DNA of 64,000 bases from Kudoa neothunni. Its lineage: Eukaryota > Animalia > Cnidaria. Below the pieces are notes generated by a model. It ran no database searches and was not told the DNA's origin. It saw only the letters and a program-made list of their open reading frames with translations. Both the position numbers and the translations under genes were made by a program. Shown one piece after another: positions 36,454 to 48,999 of this stretch; the first letter of the stretch is position 1, and each line of letters opens with the position of its first letter. The stretch spans positions 7,737,466-7,801,465 of the forward strand of contig OZ199838.1 of NCBI GenBank assembly GCA_964304625.1, in the 5' to 3' direction.

Positions 36454-39400
36454 TATTCAACGACCTCTTTGCATGATATGCAACTCGAAGTTAAGTGATT
36501 CTAGTTTGGTACCAGCAAAACTAAAGGAGCATTTCACAAATGTCCATGGAGACTCTGCATATAGGAATATGACTCTTTCCGAACTTGAAGCAAAGAGAGC
36601 GAAGTATGATGAAAGAACTACGTTGCAAAATTTTGAATTTGTTAATATTGATAAGCCTATCTTAACAGCAACATATGAAGTTTGATATCTCATCGGCAAA
36701 CAAGGTAAACCTCCAGTATTGGTGAAACGCTCGTTGAACCTACCGCGTTGAAGATGGCAAATACTTTATTGGGAAGAATTGCAAAAAAAATTATCACGAA
36801 TTCCTTTGTCAAATGATACCGTTAAGAAAAGAATTGATGATATGAGTAAAGATATTTTGGATCAATTAATTTCTGGTCTAATTTCAAGTGAAGCAAAGTT
36901 TAGTATATAATTCGATGAAACTACTGATATCTCAAACCTAAGTCAACTGGTTTTGTTTTTTAGATATTTGAAAAATGGTGTGATAGTTGAAGATTTTCTT
37001 TTTTGCAAACCTTTAACAACTACCAAGGCAGTGGATATTAAGAAAGTTGTCGATGAGTTTTTCAAAGACAATGGACTTTCATGGAATATGGTTTCTTCTA
37101 TTTGCACTGATGGTGCCCCAGCTATGCTGGGGCGTAACTCTGGTTTTTGTGCTCTTGTGAAAGCAGATGCAACTCATATTATTGTTACGCATTGCATTTT
37201 ACATAGATATGCATTGGCAACAAAGAATATACCTCTAAGGCTGGCAGAAGTGCTGAAAATCGTTATCGATTGTGTAAATTTTGTGAGACGTAGTGCTTTG
37301 AATCATCGAATCTTCAAATATTTGTGTAACCATTACCATGCTCAATGTTTCAATAATTTGGAATTTACTCTTCTTTTGACATACATGACTGATATTTTTG
37401 ATTCCATAAATTGTTTGAACCTGCAGATGCAAGGAAATGGAGTCAACATCATTGAGGCAGAAGAGTATCTTAATGCATTCAAAATAAAATTATCTTTATA
37501 CAAACGAAGAATAATGGTCGACAATTATGCAAACTTTCCAGTTTTAGGCGATATTTGTAATATTAGTGGCGGTGATAACAATGAATTGATCATTTTACCT
37601 TTTGAATTAAAGGAAATAATTGCTGCACATTTAGAAGAACTTCCTAACTCACTCACTGGCTATTTCCCTTCTAAACATTCATTCTCCAACTGGGTGAGGC
37701 AGCCATTTAGCTTCGATACTTCAGTTGAGGATGCCAATAATAAATACCTTGATGAGCTAATCGAACTTCAACACAACAAAATTCAAAAGCAACTTTTCGA
37801 AAAAGTTTCACCGTCAATCGTTTGGATAAATCAAATTGAGAAATATCCTACAATTTCGAAGAAAGCTTTGGAAGTTTTTATTCCTTTCGTAACAACTTAC
37901 CTTTGCGAACAATCATTTTCAAGATTGGTCACCATAGAAAGTAAGCTAAGAAATAAGCTTTTCTGTGAAAGCGATATGCAAATTGCTCTCTCCAACATTT
38001 TGCCTCGTATTACGGAATTTGTTGCAAAAAAATAAGAACAAAAATCGCACTAATTAGCTTTATATTAATTAGATTTTTACATTTTGCAATTTTTATGATG
38101 TGCCAAATACTGATTAAATTATAATTTATTTTATTTAAATTTTAAAAGATTTCATGTTTGGGGGTTCGACGAGGCGTGCTATAGGGTAGCAGTGGTTCGG
38201 CGATTCCCAAAAGGTTAAGAACCACTGATTTAAGCAATTATAATTACAAAATATTAAAGTAGTGAAATGTTTGGTATCAAAAATGGTAAGGAAGATATCA
38301 CCTTAAAAATCTTTATGTGAATGAAATATAACACCAAAATTTCCCCTAATAATTTTATAAATATAAAATTTTCATAAAATCTAAAACTAAGAAATTAAAA
38401 ACAATGTCCCGACATATACATTACGTCAGATAGAAATAAATCGGTTAGGCTCTTATCTTAATTATGAAAGTCAAAATGAGTCGACCACATCTCGTTTAAT
38501 CACGTTATGTTAACCACATTTTCATTTGTTGATGAATTTTTATTTACTAGTAAAATAAAAAATCGTATTACAAAAATATTAAATTCAGTTTAAATTATTT
38601 TATTTATATGTTGAGATACCACATTTTGAAATAGTTAATATTGGATTGAAATATCATTCATCAACTGGGTTGATGATACATTCTTAAATTAATTATTCAA
38701 TGTGATCTTCAAAGGTTTTTATTTTCATGATTTAAAAGAAATCTTATCAAATAATATTAAGAATACTGTGGTAGAATTAACAAGTTTTTAAACTTTGGGT
38801 GATTGAGGTATTTGAGTAAAAATGTATATTTTAACAAGGAATAATTTTTTTGAAATTTCGGATGAATACAGAAATTAACAAAAATTCGATTCATGATATA
38901 AACTTATGCATTCAAACAATTTTAAAATATACTGCTTACATATACGTTATTCCGATAAGTACAATATTTAGCATTTTTTTTATTTGGGAATTATTACCTA
39001 CGAAATCAAATTTAAAAAAGTCGGAAAATGTAGTTTCATTTTTTTTCTAACAAGCATAAAATTAATCTGCATAAAAACAGCTTACAAACGATATTTAATT
39101 AAATATGACTACTAAAAAAGGCATTTTTATTCATAATATACGAATATTTCGAAATATGGGTTCTGATAGTGCATTTAAGCATTGAACTAATCAAAAAAAT
39201 TATACTAAAACATGCAAAATGATTAAATAGGATTGTAACAAAAATAAACAAAATTTCGAAGTAAGAACGAACATAATGGAGATAACGCGTGCTCCAAAGT
39301 CTCTTTTTGTTACAATCTATAAATTTAGAAGTGACATTTGTGGTGGTACTATAGAGTCCACAATTTCTTGCTTTAAAAACAAATATGAAAGGAAAAATTT

Positions 39401-39618
39401 GATTAGTGAAGATGTTCTTTAGATGCCACAATCTTCATCATTACACTGTCAATTAGAGAATAAAATTCCCCAATCTTGCAAGATTTGCATGTTTTTGTGT
39501 AAAATTTAATGATAAGAAAAAATTTTTACTTAAATCTCGTGAGCTGAATATTGTCACCCACAAATAAACAAACAACAAAAAAATCCCATAATAAAACCCT
39601 AAATAACTAATGAAGTTA

Positions 39619-40755
39619 CCGGGTTTTGCATCCAAAGTCGAACTATTTGATAATCAAAGCCTAAATTTTAATAACCAAATTTAAAGTCATTAAAAAATAG
39701 AAATTAAAAATATTAGATTTATTGTTAAGGTGTATTAGAGCTTAGTTAATACAATGGAAGAGAGTACGTAACGCAACTAAACAAAAAGTAATGGATAAAT
39801 TGTTATTTTACGTTTCAGTTAATTTCTTTCAATATCAAGTAATGCATGACATTTTCCAAGGAAAGTTTCCGCAAGCTGATAATAATTCTTCAAATTATTG
39901 GAACTTACAGCATTGGAGGCTTCTTTCATTCTATTCAGTAGATCATCTCTTCCTCTTATAGGGCCCACGCGCCGAATTTTTGATTTTATTTGGGAAAAAA
40001 CTTCCTCGCAGGGATTTAAGAAAGGGCTATACCTTGGAAAGTAAACTACTTCGTAATCATATTCATTATAAAATTCCATATTGGCATGATGAAAGCGAAC
40101 ACTATCCATGACGATCGTAAAATCGTCACTCCCTAAAATCTCATTCAAAAAGGACTTTCGTCCACAAATATTACGTTATTGTATCTTCGATCAATGGAGA
40201 TGCTTGAATACCACTCTACATACACTCTTCGCTCCAATTTAACCGATTCGCAATTTCTCCTTTGTGGAATAGGTCTCGCAAGTTTGAATGTCATATTCAT
40301 TGATTTTAACCATCTCCAAACCGTAGTAGGATGGACGGTCAGGTTCAGCTTGTCAATCATCGATTGTAATGTGATGGTGCAGTCATCCTTTATTAATTTT
40401 ATCAAGTTGTTCTTCACCTCTAAAGTAAGGGAAATATTTCTACAACCTCCCTTAGGTGCTTTATGGATTTTTTCTGAACTTCTATTGTCTTTTATTATTC
40501 CACAAAGAGTTGATTTGGGAATGCCAAAAGATTCAGCAACCTCTCGCTAGCTCTTACCCTTATTAACAACCAAATCTATCACTCTCTCGCGGTTCCTATT
40601 CGAATGGCTTAGCTGCTTTGACATTCTAACCAACGTGAGAACAATTCGGTACAACTGGTCTTAAAAGTTCAATTTGTGACCAAAAAAAGGTCATTTAGAA
40701 TGTCAAAAGTTCGACTTTGATTATCAAATAGTTCGACTTTGGACGAGAAACCCGG
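39619..40755 (-). mobile_element. IS630/Tc1-superfamily element, internally deleted transposase (40624-39819)
   Basis: ~41-bp TIR CCGGGTTT...TCCAAAGTCGAACTATTTGATAATCAAAG; TA TSD. Motifs VAESLGIPKSTL, IFVDESPF, IVMDSVRFHH and PRYSPFLNPCEEVFS. The segment between the first two Asp motifs is missing. Confidence 0.92.
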
Positions 40756-40939
40756 TATCAATGTTAATTAAATAGTAATAGATTGTGAACCAACTTTGGA
40801 TAATTCGTATACTTCCTTAAATCAGAAGTGAGGTAATTGACTCAAGAAGAATAAAATATTTAATGTAAACATATTTTCAAATGAAGGATAAATACTAATT
40901 ATATCCTTTCCTATTTTTAATCCTAAAGTTTTTTTCAAT

Positions 40940-42710
40940 ATGGCAAGCCACCAAAAAGTTAGGAGATAGAAGGAAAAATACGTCCATCCGGTTTACTAAA
41001 AAACTCGTTGATGGTGTTGAAAAACCACAATGTGTTCTTTGTAATGTCATTTATTCAAATTCCAACTTGAAGCCATAAAAGTTGCTTCAACATTTTGAGA
41101 ACAAACATGGTGGTAAAACACATATAGGAAACGATATCCAGTCATTAAACGTGAAAAGAGCGCGCTATGACTTAAAGGGAACACTTCCTAAATTGGGGTT
41201 CATTTCCCTAGATAAATCCTTGCTTTTCGCTTCATTCAAAATAGCTTATGAAGTGGCAAAAGCAAAAAAACCTCACTATATTGCTGATACGTTGATAAAA
41301 CCATGCATTTTGGAGGCAGCAAAGATTGTTTTGGATGAAGAAGCAGCACAAAAACTCAAAGGAATACCACTATCCAACAATGTTATCCGCAATAAAATTG
41401 ATGAGATAAGTGCTGATATTCTTGATCAAATAGTTTCGGATATTAAAGCATCTCCAATGCAAATTTCACTCCAGTTGGATGAGTCAACGGATATCGATAA
41501 TTGTAGTCAGCTCATCACTTTCGTAAGATATGTGAAATCGACTTCATTTGAGGAAGACTTTATTTTGCAAGGCGTTGAATACAACAACAACAACTATTGT
41601 AATGGATATTTTCGAAATAGTTAGAGACTTTTTTAACGCCAACGGAATTCCAATCACAACTATTGGATCTATTTGTACTGATGGAGCACCCGTCATATTA
41701 GGAAATAAATCGGGGTTTATTGCTCATATAATATATCATGTTCCGGAAGTGATAATCACCCACTGTATTTTGCATAGCCAAGCTCTGATGTCAAAAACTT
41801 TTCCGATTGGTCTAAAATCAACAATGAATTATTGTATCAAAATAATAAATTTCATACGCGGAAGAGCTTTAAATCACAGACTTTTTAAAGCATTTTGCAA
41901 TGAAATTAATGAAGAAGCTTCTGTTCTTATCTACTACACAGAAGTAAGATGGTTGTCTCGAGGACGTGTTTTAAGTCGGTTTTTTGACTTAAAATTGAAA
42001 TCGAGAAATTTTTATTGGATCAAAAATCGGATCTTGCTAATGTTTTCAAGTTCCAAAATTTCTCAATAATGTTGGCATATCTCACTGATATCTTTCAACC
42101 CTTTAACGAATTAAATTATTGGCTTCAAGGAAAAGATATAAATATTACAAATGCTTCTGACATGTTACGGGCATTTCGCGAAAAGCTAACCCTATGGATT
42201 GTCAGAATAAAAAATAAAAATTTTTGTAATTTTCCATTATTGGTGGAAAACATTAAAGACAAAAATGTGATTTCCGAAATTTTGAAAATTGAAAGATTCT
42301 TTTGAAGGCTATTTTTCTACTGGCAACTTAAATGAATCTGATAGCTGGATTGTCAATCCATTCGCCTTCCACATGGAAAAAATGGAGGAAGATGATGACG
42401 AAAAAGAAAATTTGATCGAATTGAGATCGTGCCATTCAATGAAACTGTTGTTTGAGTCAAGTTTACTTGAGCACATCTGGTGTCACGTCCTAAATAGTTA
42501 TCCCCGTTTAGCGAAAAAAGCGCAGAAGATTTTAATTCCATTCGCCACTACGTGGTTATGTGAAGGGGGGTTTTCCTCCCTTTTATATATAAAAACAAGC
42601 ATAGAAGCATGTTAAAACCAGAAAATGACTTACGAATAGCATTATCCAACAAAATTTCTCGTTTCGATGTTTTAATTGCCAATAAAAAACAAAAAAAGTC
42701 CAAAATGTAA
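40940..42710 (+). pseudogene. Buster-type hAT transposase, frameshifted
   Basis: KPQCVLC, KAKKPH, IPLSNNVI, LQLDESTD, CTDGAP, HCILH, TEVRWLSRGRVL and PFATTWLCEGGFS. Confidence 0.92.
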
Positions 42711-45700
42711 CTAATATTTTTTAATTGTTTATTTTACATTTGTATTTTTTCGCGTTAAATGATTAAAAAATGTATATTCCTGCTATTGTTTACAAATTTA
42801 TCGCGGTTAAAGAAAATATGTGCGCGTTAATCTCATATAATCCGAATTTCAACTAATCTTAAAAATAGGGGTGTGGAAATCGCCGATACAGTTGCAGGGG
42901 GTGTCAACCCCAAAACGAATAGGGAAGCCCCGGCCTATGTTCACAAGAGCGCATGCGCAGTGGAGTAACTTTTTTTAATACAGCGTTTAATTCGCATTTG
43001 AATAGATGATAACATTAATAAAAAATCTTTCATTTACTTAGATGTATAATATAATCAATATCGTTACCAGAAGTAAGGAATTTTCTGTTTTCCTGTATCA
43101 ATAAGCAGATTAAAAGCACCTGCATAATATTGATGTTTGCATAATTCAGAGTAATAATCAATTAAAACCAACTTTTTAGTCATTATATAGAAAAAGAGTC
43201 TCTTAATTATGGTATAGAATGTTCCAAAAACTTTACATATGCCTGTTCGGAATAATTTTAGGACAAATAAAACTATTAACGTCACATTTATATGAGTTGT
43301 TGCATTTCCCTTAAAATTTTAAGCATAACCAAATTATCTAGGATGTATTTTCACTTTTCAAGCGTTATGGATATAGTTAGGCGAAAAGATTATGATCATT
43401 TTAAATAAAACACATAATTTGAGACTACAAGTTGTTGCCACGTTGTAATAATTTGAATCTCTATAGGCATTCTAGAAACGGTGTAAGATGTGTGTAGTGT
43501 TTTCAAATAATTAAATTTTTATGATAACTTCTTAAAAGGAAATTTCTTTTTATCAAATATATCGATTGAGATTGAAACTACATTCGTCTTTTCGATAAGT
43601 TTTTACTTATTTTATGGTTTTCCTAAATTTTCTTGAAAACAGCTGGCATAACTAATTCGATAAGTTTCTATATTTGATGAGATAATTTTTTTAAGAATGT
43701 TTAAGTTCTTAGTAACCTAATTATTCCTTACCCCCAGACCTTAAGGTTAATATTCAGATCAATATATAATTTCCTTTTCGCTAAAACTAATTCATTATAA
43801 TATAAAAGCTTCATGCAAATATGCGATACTCCATTCAATACGTAATTTAAGAATTTATATTCACGATTACTTTTGCACAAAATACAGTCCCCTCTCAATA
43901 CGTGCCATGTAAGTTAATAAGAAATTATTGGTTTATTCGATCTAACCAATATTTTCACAAAGATTTCGTTAATCTAAGAATAGTTCAATGCGACAAAATT
44001 TTTGTAGGGCAATCAAACAGTACGTTTACTTTTAAAAAGGGTGCACTCTTTTGAGAAAACCAGTTGATATTTAAGCATTACTGTAATTTTCCAAATCAAA
44101 AACACCTTTACATTTTAGATTTAACCGTATTTTTTTTAATTAACTGTGTATATTTTTGAACAAGCAAGTATTTTCGTTAACAAGAAAGGTTTCATTTATT
44201 TAAAAATGGGGAAATTATTCTAAAATAGTGAATACGCAAGTTACCACTCACAGATTATTAAAACATCATTAACATCCTTTACAAAATTGCAAAAAAGGAG
44301 TAACAATTAATATTTTATTTCTGACGTATTTTAGGTTTATTGTATTTTTTCCCGTATGTATCGTTTGTAGAATAATAATAATACATTTAATAACCAGAAG
44401 GATTAATTTTTATCGCAAAATTTTGAAAAGGACCGAAAGTCCTATTAAACTACTTAATGATTTTGTTCCATAAATAACTGAACTTTAATCGTCAATTAAC
44501 TCGCTCATAAAATTAAGGTGATTATATTTTGGGTCAATAATTTGTAAAATAAACTTAAAAGTACTCATTAATTTCCTTCAATACCCCTATTTATATTCTA
44601 ATGGGAAATGCTTGCATAATTTTGTTTATTTAAATCATCACTTTGCAAAAATAATGACAAGCTATAGATTGTATCAATTAAAATAGAAAAATAAAATTTA
44701 TAGTGTTTAGCGTGCCAATTAGATTAACTCTTCCGTAAAATGTCTCTATTCAAAAATTAAATTATAAGTTAAAATTTTCATCACACAATATCAGGCAAAG
44801 CTGGGCATTAGCGCTAATTCATAATAATGTTCGATGGCTTTCTGGAGGAAACATGCCTGAGCGTTTTGTGGCTTGTTTGGAAGAAATAGATATACTTTTA
44901 AGAGAGAAAGAACATGTTTGCTAACAACTAAAGAACACAGAATGGTTGGGGAAATTTTTTGTAGGTAGATACCTCTCACTTAAATTGCCTCAATCAGAAA
45001 ATGCAAGGAAGAGGAAACGTTACTCTTTCTTTATTAGAAGTGTTGTCATTTGAAATCAAGTTTGCTGTCTTCTCCAAGGATATTGAAAAAATGGAGTTTC
45101 TTCCTTTCCATCTCTGAAGAAATTTAGCGAGGCTGCATGTGGTGGTGTTGATTAACAAACGATTAGTCCCACGTGGAACATAGATTTTTGGGTGAACTTT
45201 AATCAAATGGTGTCTTTCTTAGCGTAACGAGGCAACACTGCACATCACGATATAAATGACGGTATCTTAAAAAACGCTTTATTGGCGATGGGAACGTCAT
45301 TCAAAACACGTTTCCAAGAATTCAGGAAAGAAAAACCAACCTTTATGTTTGTCGCCAAACCACTTGAAGCTAACATTTCCGGATGAAATTTTTCAGCATT
45401 TTCTAATGTTGATCGAGCAAAATTTGAGTTAGAAATTACTTAATTAAAAGAAAAAGAAACTTTGGCATAAAAATTCAAAAACTTAGTACGCGATCTTGAA
45501 TCTTTAGAACGCCTAAAAGCCATGCTATCTGTTGAACGCAAACAGAATGATTTGGAAAATTAAAAAAAAACCAATTGATTTTTGAGTCTTGGGATGCATT
45601 ACAAGAAACCTACAATAACACCAATAATTATGCATTTGGGGTTTTATCTATTTTTGGCTCTACGTACCTATGTGAACAAGTCTTCTCAAGTATGAATCTT

Positions 45701-45966
45701 ATCAAAAGCAAACTAAGAAACAGACAATGTTGAAAGTTTACAATGCTGTTTGAAGCTAAAGACCATTTCCTGCCTGCCCGACATTGACAAGCTCTCTTTA
45801 GAAATTAACGAACAATTATCCCATTGACCAACTTCTTTAGGTAAGATATCAACAAAAATTAGATCATTAAATTATAATATCCACATTTTTTGTAGTAATC
45901 TCCGAATTCAAAAAATAAATTATGAGGGTTTTCTTAATTTATAAATGATTAGCTTATTTTATTATA

Positions 45967-46710
45967 CAGTTGGTGACCACTCGTTCGTAATCCCATTGGG
46001 AACAAGAAAAAATTACGAATCGCACGTGTTGTACGTGTGGTTCGTAATGTCAAGATTGCGCGCGCGGTACGAATGAGGATACAATGCTATAAATCAACTG
46101 TAAAGATAATTTATTTGAGGGTAAATTTCCCAGTCATATTAATATTTTTAAGTTTTCTGACTATTACATTGTGTAATTCTCGTTCAATATCTGTTTGACG
46201 TTTATTACTATTTAAACCATGATATTTCAAATAATGTCTTAAATCAGACAAATGAGAGGGAGGGCAATTTTTAATGGAATAATTCTTCGTCCTATGCCAT
46301 CAAATTTATGAAATTTGTCGTCTCTGTTACAGTTACCATCACTTATAAAATCACTAATATTGGCGTCATTTTCAACATTGTTTCCGCTCCAAGCCTTCGC
46401 TGGTTTTGGAAAAACTTTATTATTTTATATTTCTCTTTTAAATTACTAAATCAATTTTTATTTCTATCCACTATTTCACCATCGATCGAAAACAAAAATC
46501 TCAACGCACCTGAAAAAGTTACGAACCACACGTCACTACAAAATAATACAGAAAAAACCTAATTAATTAATTTAAAAATATTTTATTTATATTTATAGTG
46601 GTCAAATAAATGTTTTGAAATGGTTCGAGAAATAAATAACTTGTTATAATCTTATGTGTACGTTAATTTTGTAATATTTCCCCAAATTACGAACCACACG
46701 TTACTCACTG
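45967..46710. mobile_element. non-autonomous Tigger derivative (744 bp)
   Basis: TA|CAGTTGGTGACCACTCGTTCGTAATCCC ... ATTACGAACCACACGTTACTCACTG|TA. The left end is similar to 34384; internal repeats of TTACGAACCACACG. Confidence 0.75.
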
Positions 46711-47102
46711 TATTTTGATAACTTGTTTGTTTTTTTCTTTATCATAGACGATAATGAATGTAGATTTATTTTTATAATACCTTTGCTATACAGATGTAGC
46801 TAAAATTTTTAATTTATTCTAATGACAGTTACTGAAACCACCATGATAATATTACTTAGAGCAATCACTGAAATTCACATTGTGTTAATTTTTATTATTG
46901 TCTTCTACATTAATGAATATTATTAATTAAAATAATAAGGCAATTGACTATCAAGACACGCATATGTAAACAAATTCAATAATTTCGCCAATATTTTCAT
47001 GGAATGTATGATTTTATGGTATCAAGATGAACGTTTTTATTTTCGATCAATTTTTTAAATGTTGCGACTCTCGAGGTAAAAATTTTCCTTGCGATAATCC
47101 AT

Positions 47103-47551
47103 TTTTTTACGAGGTAAAACCCCTAACGCAACTTATTGGGCTGTGGAATTCTGGTTGGTCAGACCTCCTCCATTAACGCTTTAGGTACCGCAGGACGTAA
47201 CATGAAACCCCGTCGCTTATCTTTATGCGGTAGTGTGGGACTTTAACCCACTAAACATCCTCGTCTCAGGGCGACCACCACCCCACACCCTATCCCTTTA
47301 AGGACGTTGGCTCTGGGAGCGCTGCAAATTACTTGTCTCTCAATGGGTTCTAGAGATTCCAACTCCTATTCACGCGAATTTGGCTGCCGGTGCACCCCAT
47401 CTCACAGCGAGCGTACACTGTAACCACAACTCCCAAATATGATATAGAGACCCACCAACACGGAAGCAGTGGTTCGGCCACCGGCGGATTCGACCCCATT
47501 ACCACGCGGTTCTGATTCCGAATGTCACAACGATGTGCTATCTGTCCTCGA
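47103..47551 (-). mobile_element. tRNA-derived SINE (~450 bp)
   Basis: The minus strand starts with an A-box-like GATAGCACATCG and a B-box GGGTCGAATCC, has a GC-rich body and ends in a short A-tail. 15-bp TSD CTTGCGATAATCCAT / CTTGCAATAGTCCAT (13/15). It interrupts the hAT subterminal region. Confidence 0.8.
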
Positions 47552-47616
47552 CTTGCAATAGTCCATAATTGGCTCTTTCGCTCATACCGGTTGCCGACCG
47601 CTGGTATAGATAAAAG

Positions 47617-48671
47617 GGCTAAATTACAGTATACGGGAAATCTTCGTAGAAAATTCTTGCGCTCTCGGGGAAAGTCGGGGACATTTTAATGTGAAAATAT
47701 AATCATAATATATTTAAAGAGGGTGCTTAATTCTTTTTTAAAATATTTCCTTCTAAACAATAAGTCAGATATGTAACCATCTAGATTTTCTGGATTCTTA
47801 TTAGTGGCGTTCCTGTATTTTCGTTTGAATGTTCCCCAAGTAGATTCTATTCGGTTTGTATGAATCCCTGCAGGAGAAACAAATCACCGCTTATGGATGA
47901 CAACCCCATGAATAAATCCTAAATCTTTCAAAGTGTTGTATCCGCGCCAACCGTCTGTCCAAATGGTCGAGCCCTCCTCCACATTTTCCGTTATAATATT
48001 TTTTAGAACTTCTCTGTTCCGAATCTTGGTAACTTTCGGGAAGCAGTCCCCATCCTCGTCGATCCCACCTACCATCCAATACTGTTGATTTTTTAAAATT
48101 CGCCCAACATCATATTTTCTTGTTGAGATGGCGGTTTCATCGATTTGGACGAGTTTTCCCTCGCCTCCAATTTTAATGGGCTCATCATCTAATTTTAGAG
48201 TCATTAAGTCTCTAGCAACATATTTCAGCTCCAATATCGTTGAATTTGAGGATATTTAAATGTTGACGTAGAGTTTTATACGTCATATTTGGATGTTGGA
48301 TGATATAAACCATTCCAATAAAAATTGTCCACAAAGGCAGCTTCGATAGTTCAAATATTGTACCTCTTCGGATAGAACATCTTTTATTACACACGCTACA
48401 CTTGAATTGGTATCCATCGTTGACATCCTTCCTTGCAAATATGTACATACTCTCTCCGCACACACACATTTACGAAAAGTATGCAAAAGTCCCACGTTTT
48501 GCAAAACCTTGATAGTATATTCGAGGTCATCTCGAAAATAGCCATAGTCAAGCATTGTGATGCTGTCAATATCCTCAAATGTGAATATTTTCTTAGAAGA
48601 TGACATTCCGACCGAGGTGCCGAATACGTCCGAAGAATAGCGAAGATTTTCCCGTATACTGTAATTTAGCC
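47617..48671 (-). mobile_element. Merlin transposon, 1055 bp, transposase 48606-47686 disrupted
   Basis: TIR GGCTAAATTACAGTATACGGGAAA(A)TCTTCG; 8-bp TSD GATAAAAG/GATAAAAA. Motifs CVCG..DGYQFKC, VQIDET, WMVGGID, WTDGWRGY and GIHTNRIESTW. Two frameshifts (one a TG slip) and one TGA. Confidence 0.93.
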
Positions 48672-48999
48672 GATAAAAAAGTAAGCAGCGCGCTGCTTTA
48701 TAGTTCAGGTTGGTTTCTATGAAGCCTTCGTAATGAAAACGAATGAGACAAAGATGAGTGCAATAAAGTTTTCGTCTGCTGATTTGTTATTGTTTTTACG
48801 CACTTTACGTGGATAATCTATGGAAAACTTTCCGTTAAATCAACTATTTAATTTTTTATCCATTCATAATCTTCGAGATTTAAGTATAGCATATGAACAC
48901 ATGAGTCGTATGCAGTTTGCAAATTCAAATGTTAAGTTATCGTTTTTATAAATAACTAAGTACAAATTGTTCAACAAATGCCTAATATTTGTCTGTGTT

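Larger units (their letters stand above)
34308..38053 (+). pseudogene. Buster-type (ZBED8/SCAND3/FAM200-like) transposase split by a Tigger insertion
   Basis: MFNKKIKWSNDFLQFGFTYVTELNG|Tigger|IQRPLCMIC rejoins in frame when the Tigger and one TA are removed. Motifs DETTD, CTDGAPAMLG, HCILH and PFVTTYLCEQSFS. Confidence 0.9.
33981..38227 (+). mobile_element. Buster/Charlie-type hAT
   Basis: Perfect TIR CAGTGGTTCTTAACCT; perfect TSD ATTTAAGC (33973-33980, 38228-38235). Confidence 0.95.
33900..42932 (+). mobile_element. Buster/Charlie-type hAT (outer element; hosts a hAT, a Tigger and a Tc1)
   Basis: TIRs CAGGGCTTCCCTAT / ATAGGGAAGCCCCG. The flanks CAATAGAC and GCCTATGT both fit nnnTAnnn but do not match each other. 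Transposase at 40940-42710. Confidence 0.7.
44700..47603 (+). mobile_element. GTF2IRD2/SPIN-like hAT remnant with intact right end
   Basis: C-terminus VLSIFGSTYLCEQVFSSMNLIKSKLRNR at ~45640-45725. Right end TGGCTCTTT..GGTTGCCGACCGCTG|GTATAGAT. The left end was not found, so the left boundary is approximate. Confidence 0.7.

Noticed and set aside
42940-44700. Possible gene in the AT-rich interval
   Set aside because: No consistent spliced frame or motif could be assembled by eye.
33036-47603. One giant hAT bounded by 33036 and 47603
   Set aside because: The TIRs (CAGTGGTGGGCAC vs CAGCGGTCGGCAA) and flanks (CCCTAGAT vs GTATAGAT) match only at family-consensus positions.
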